Assembly (NCBI RefSeq): GCF_963921235.1
Contig: NC_086097.1
Coordinates: 234,238,001 to 234,302,000, forward strand
Reading direction: 5' to 3'
DNA: 64,000 nucleotides
Source of the DNA: Mobula hypostoma
Taxonomy: Eukaryota
Under the pieces are notes generated by a model. That model saw nothing but the letters and a program-made list of their open reading frames with translations, was not told the DNA's origin and ran no database searches. Position 1 is the first letter of the stretch. Each line of letters begins with the position of its first letter. Below, piece after piece: positions 60,586 through 64,000 of the stretch. Made by a program: the position numbers and the translations under genes.

Positions 60586-62113
60586 AATAGTGGATGCATT
60601 AGTGATAATTTTTCAAAACTCGTTAGATTCTGGACTAGTTCCTGAGGATTGGAGGGTGGCTAATGTAACCCCACTTTTTAAAAAAGGAGGGAGAGAGAAA
60701 CCGGGGAATTATAGGCCGGTTAGCCTAACGTCGGTGGTGGGGAAACTGCTGGAGTCAGTTATCAAGGATGTGATAACAGCACATTTGGAAAGCGGTGAAA
60801 TGATCGGACAAAGTCAGCATGGATTTGTGAAAGGAAAATCATGTCTGACGAATCTCATAGAATTTTTTGAGGATGTAACTAGTAGAGTGGATAGGGGAGA
60901 ACCAGTGGATGTGGTATATTTGGATTTTCAAAAGGCTTTTGACAAGGTCCCACATAGGAGATTAGTGTGCAAACTTAAAGCACACGGTATTGGGGGTAAG
61001 GTATTGGTGTGGGTGGAGAATTGGTTAGCAGACAGGAAGCAAAGAGTGGGAATAAACGGGACCTTTTCAGAATGGCAGGCGGTGACTAGTGGGGTACCGC
61101 AAGGCTCAGTGCTGGGACCCCAGTTGTTTACAATATATATTAATGACTTGGATGAGGGAATTAAATGCAGCATCTCCAAGTTTGCGGATGACACGAAGCT
61201 GGGTGGCAGTGTTAGCAGTGAGGAGGATGCTAAGAGGATGCAGGGTGACTTGGATAGGTTGGGTGAGTGGGCAAACTCATGGCAGATGCAATTTAATGTG
61301 GATAAATGTGAAGTTATCCACTTTGGTGGCAAAAATAGGAAAACAGATTATTATCTGAATGGTGGCCGATTAGGAAAAGGGGAGGTGCAACGAGACCTGG
61401 GTGTCATTATACACCAGTCATTGAAAGTGGGCATGCAGGTACAGCAGGCGGTGAAAAAGGCGAACGGTATGCTGGCATTTATAGCGAGAGGATTCGAGTA
61501 CAGGAGCAGGGAGGTACTCCTGCAGTTGTACAAGGCCTTGGTGAGACCACACCTGGAGTATTGTGTGCAGTTTTGGTCCCCTAATCTGAGGAAAGACATC
61601 TTTGCCATAGAGGGAGTACAAAGAAGGTTCACCAGATTGATTCCTGGGATGGCAGGTCTTTCATATGAAGAAAGACTGGATGAACTGGGCTTGTACTCGT
61701 TGGAATTTAGAAGATTGAGGGGGGATCTGATTGAAACGTATAAGATCCTAAAGGGATTGGACAGGCTAGATGCAGGAAGATTGTTCCCGATGTTGGGGAG
61801 GTCTAGAACGAGGGGTCACAGTTTGAGGATAGAGGGGAAGCCTTTTAGGACCGAGGTTAGGAAAAACTTCTTCACACAGAGAGTGGTGAATCTGTGGAAT
61901 TCTCTGCCACAGCAAACTGTTGAGGCCAGTTCATTAGCTATGTTTAAAAGGAAGTTAGATATGGCCCTTGTGGCTACAGGGGTCAGGGGGTATGGAGGGA
62001 AGGCTGGGTTCTGAGTTGGATGATCAGCCATGATCATAATAAATGGCGGTGCAGGCTCGAAGGGCCGAATGGCCTACTCCTGCACCTATTTTCTATGTTT
62101 CTATGTTTCTATG
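60586..62113 (+). mobile_element. Young 5'-truncated CR1 LINE
   Basis: Near-identical to the other two young copies; TATGTAA at both junctions (60581-60587/62110-62116). Confidence 0.95.
60590..62014 (+). CDS. CR1 ORF2 reverse transcriptase (N-truncated, frame open)
   Basis: NYRPVSLTS, QHGF, LDFQKAFD, GVPQGSVLGP, FADD. Confidence 0.88.
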   Translation: MDALVIIFQNSLDSGLVPEDWRVANVTPLFKKGGREKPGNYRPVSLTSVVGKLLESVIKDVITAHLESGEMIGQSQHGFVKGKSCLTNLIEFFEDVTSRVDRGEPVDVVYLDFQKAFDKVPHRRLVCKLKAHGIGGKVLVWVENWLADRKQRVGINGTFSEWQAVTSGVPQGSVLGPQLFTIYINDLDEGIKCSISKFADDTKLGGSVSSEEDAKRMQGDLDRLGEWANSWQMQFNVDKCEVIHFGGKNRKTDYYLNGGRLGKGEVQRDLGVIIHQSLKVGMQVQQAVKKANGMLAFIARGFEYRSREVLLQLYKALVRPHLEYCVQFWSPNLRKDIFAIEGVQRRFTRLIPGMAGLSYEERLDELGLYSLEFRRLRGDLIETYKILKGLDRLDAGRLFPMLGRSRTRGHSLRIEGKPFRTEVRKNFFTQRVVNLWNSLPQQTVEASSLAMFKRKLDMALVATGVRGYGGKAGF

Positions 62114-62314
62114 TAACACATAGACAGCTGAGATGCAACTTTCATGGTCAGCCCCAACCAGTGGAGGGGCCTCTGAAACTCAAAGGCTGACGGATCCCCG
62201 ACCATCACCTTGACAATAATGAGCAGTGGATATGGAAAATTTAGGATGACCCTGTTTAATCATGATTCTGCATGTTTTGATGGAAAAGATACAGTTGTAT
62301 CAATTGTTTTATAT

Positions 62315-63147
62315 TGTTGCCCAGAAAGAATGACAATCTACAAATCAGTGGATTCAAATGAATCAAGGACATTGGAAACAGACAGACTAATTGCCTTTGT
62401 TCTTGCCACATGCTTGGGGATGAAGGCTGGCATTTTGTGAAGACACTTTATTCTCCATTTTGTGAGCTTGACGTGCTGGGCTTGATCAATGTTTTAAAGA
62501 AGATACAATGATTCTTCAGGTAATCTGCCGGACTGGAGATCATTTCCAAATAAGAAGTTACTTGTGAGATGATCTTTGGTTGGCTATAACATGCAAGTTT
62601 GTGAATGTTGGGGTTGATGCGTGCCTGAAGTGATTTGAGCTCATTGCTGATTGAGAACAAAGAGCCGTAAATTATCGACTGTCACTTGATGGGAAGAGGG
62701 CAATAAATGGATGCTGGCTTGGAGCAGAGCCAATAACAAGGTGTTAAAGGACAGACACATGACCTGTGGCCAATGACACTGGAATGCGATATTTGAATTG
62801 ATAAGGAATGGGTATAAAAGTTGATGCTTCGTGTGTGCTGGTAGCGGTAACTTTGAAGAATAACCATTGAAGATACAAGTGTAAGCAACCCAATGTGAAA
62901 CATGTGGTGAGTGAATCAGGAGAACGAGGAACGCCTGGCCAGCGTAAACTCCCTTGCCTGAGTAATACCTTTGCTATTCTCTGACTATTCAGGAGAGTCA
63001 GGGCTACCTAGCAAGTGTGCACACAAAGTAATTTGTGTATGAACTCACATATTTATTAGTTTCAACAATAAAGGTACTTGTCAGTAAATACAGATCTCTC
63101 TGTGCCTCTCTAATCATCGTTGTAAGTAGTGAGTATTTTTTTCAACA
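62315..63147 (+). mobile_element. Solo LTR (833 bp), related to 4665-6585
   Basis: TGTTG...CAACA termini; 4-bp TSD ATAT (62311-62314/63148-63151); TATAAAA ~62814, AATAAA ~63067; shares cgaggaa.gcctggccag and cttgtcagtaaata with the 4665 LTR. Confidence 0.85.
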
Positions 63148-63209
63148 ATATTATTAATAGAAGTTGAAAATTGGCTTAGTAAATCACTTATTATTTACTA
63201 ATTTAGTTG

Positions 63210-63460
63210 TAACAGGTTGGATCAGGCCCTTCCATTGAGCCAGACCACCCAGCATCCTACCTAGTGAACACAAGCCCAATCACAGGACAATTTGCGGTGA
63301 CCTACTAAATGGAACATCTTTGGACCGTGGGAGGAAACCAGAGCACCCAGAGGAAACCCAGACTGTTACAGGGTGAGCATACAAACTTTTTACAGACAGC
63401 AATGGAATTGAACTCCGAACTTTGAGTTGTAATAACGTTGCACTAACCATTATGCTATCT
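63210..63460 (-). mobile_element. tRNA-derived V-SINE
   Basis: Minus strand tgggtttcctctgggtgctctggtttcctccca..ccaaaga (V domain) and a B-box. Confidence 0.78.
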
Positions 63461-63702
63461 TGGAACCCTATGATAAATATATGACTATTATTAAATGCAA
63501 TTAAGCACAAGCAAAATAAATAATTTATTTATTTATGAAGCCTTAGAACTGTTTATTCATTCTAAAGGAGTTACACAAGAAGACAGAGCAGCACTAATAT
63601 GGCAAATACTAGTTTTTTCCCCCCTTTGCTCCTGCATCAAAAATCACTTGAATATTTTCATTGGTTTTCTTCCAGAAAAAAATGTATCTGGAGGACCAGA
63701 TG

Positions 63703-64000
63703 ACCATAAGAGCAGAATTTGGCCATTTGGCTCATCATGTTTGCTCCACCACTTCATCAAGGTTAATCCATTTCTCTCTCAGCCCCAATGTCCTGCCTTC
63801 TCCCTGTAACCCTTCATGCCCTGATTTAATCAAGAATCTATCACCTTCTGCCTTAAATACAGCTAATGAGTTGGCCTCCACAGTTAAGTGTGGAACGTGG
63901 CAATGAATTCCACAGATTCGCCACTCTCTGGCTAAAGAAATTCCTCCTCACCTCCATTCTAAATGGACATCCTTCTGTTCTGAGGTTGTGCCCTCTGGGC
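63703..64000 (-). mobile_element. CR1 3' fragment (runs off the window)
   Basis: gaattccacagattc.ccactctctggctaaagaaattcctcctca. Confidence 0.8.

Larger units (their letters stand above)
60195..62210 (+). mobile_element. RTE-derived non-autonomous element, split by the young CR1 (60195-60585 and 62114-62210)
   Basis: catctaggaaaaggaaaactctgat resembles RTE 5' UTRs; gtggagatgggcaac..ctccat resembles the RTE-SINE body. Confidence 0.45.

Overview
Eukaryotic, repeat-dense non-genic (intergenic or intronic) DNA. The repeat landscape (abundant CR1 LINEs with (TTTCTATG)n tails, V-SINEs, Neptune/Penelope elements, Rex1/Babar) suggests a cartilaginous fish, probably a ray; this is inference. No host gene, rRNA, true tRNA or CRISPR could be supported, and every long ORF is transposon-derived. 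The window holds three near-identical young CR1 copies (two 5'-truncated with open RT frames, one ~3.6 kb and disabled), many older CR1, Rex1, RTE and L1 fragments, five solo-LTR-like elements, Harbinger, Tigger, Tc1 and hAT DNA elements, several SINE families, and an internally deleted HERO-like element. The two most interesting signals are: (1) a non-circularly permuted, pseudoknotted hammerhead-ribozyme fold with a kink-turn in the HERO-like 3' UTR (26403-26475), and (2) a U_UUA_AAC -1 frameshift heptamer at the ORF1/ORF2 junction, conserved in three diverged CR1 subfamilies. Also notable are minimal hammerheads from three Penelope-like families and a reciprocal templated-duplication pattern at 4260-5054. 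Boundaries of old repeats are approximate, read by eye.
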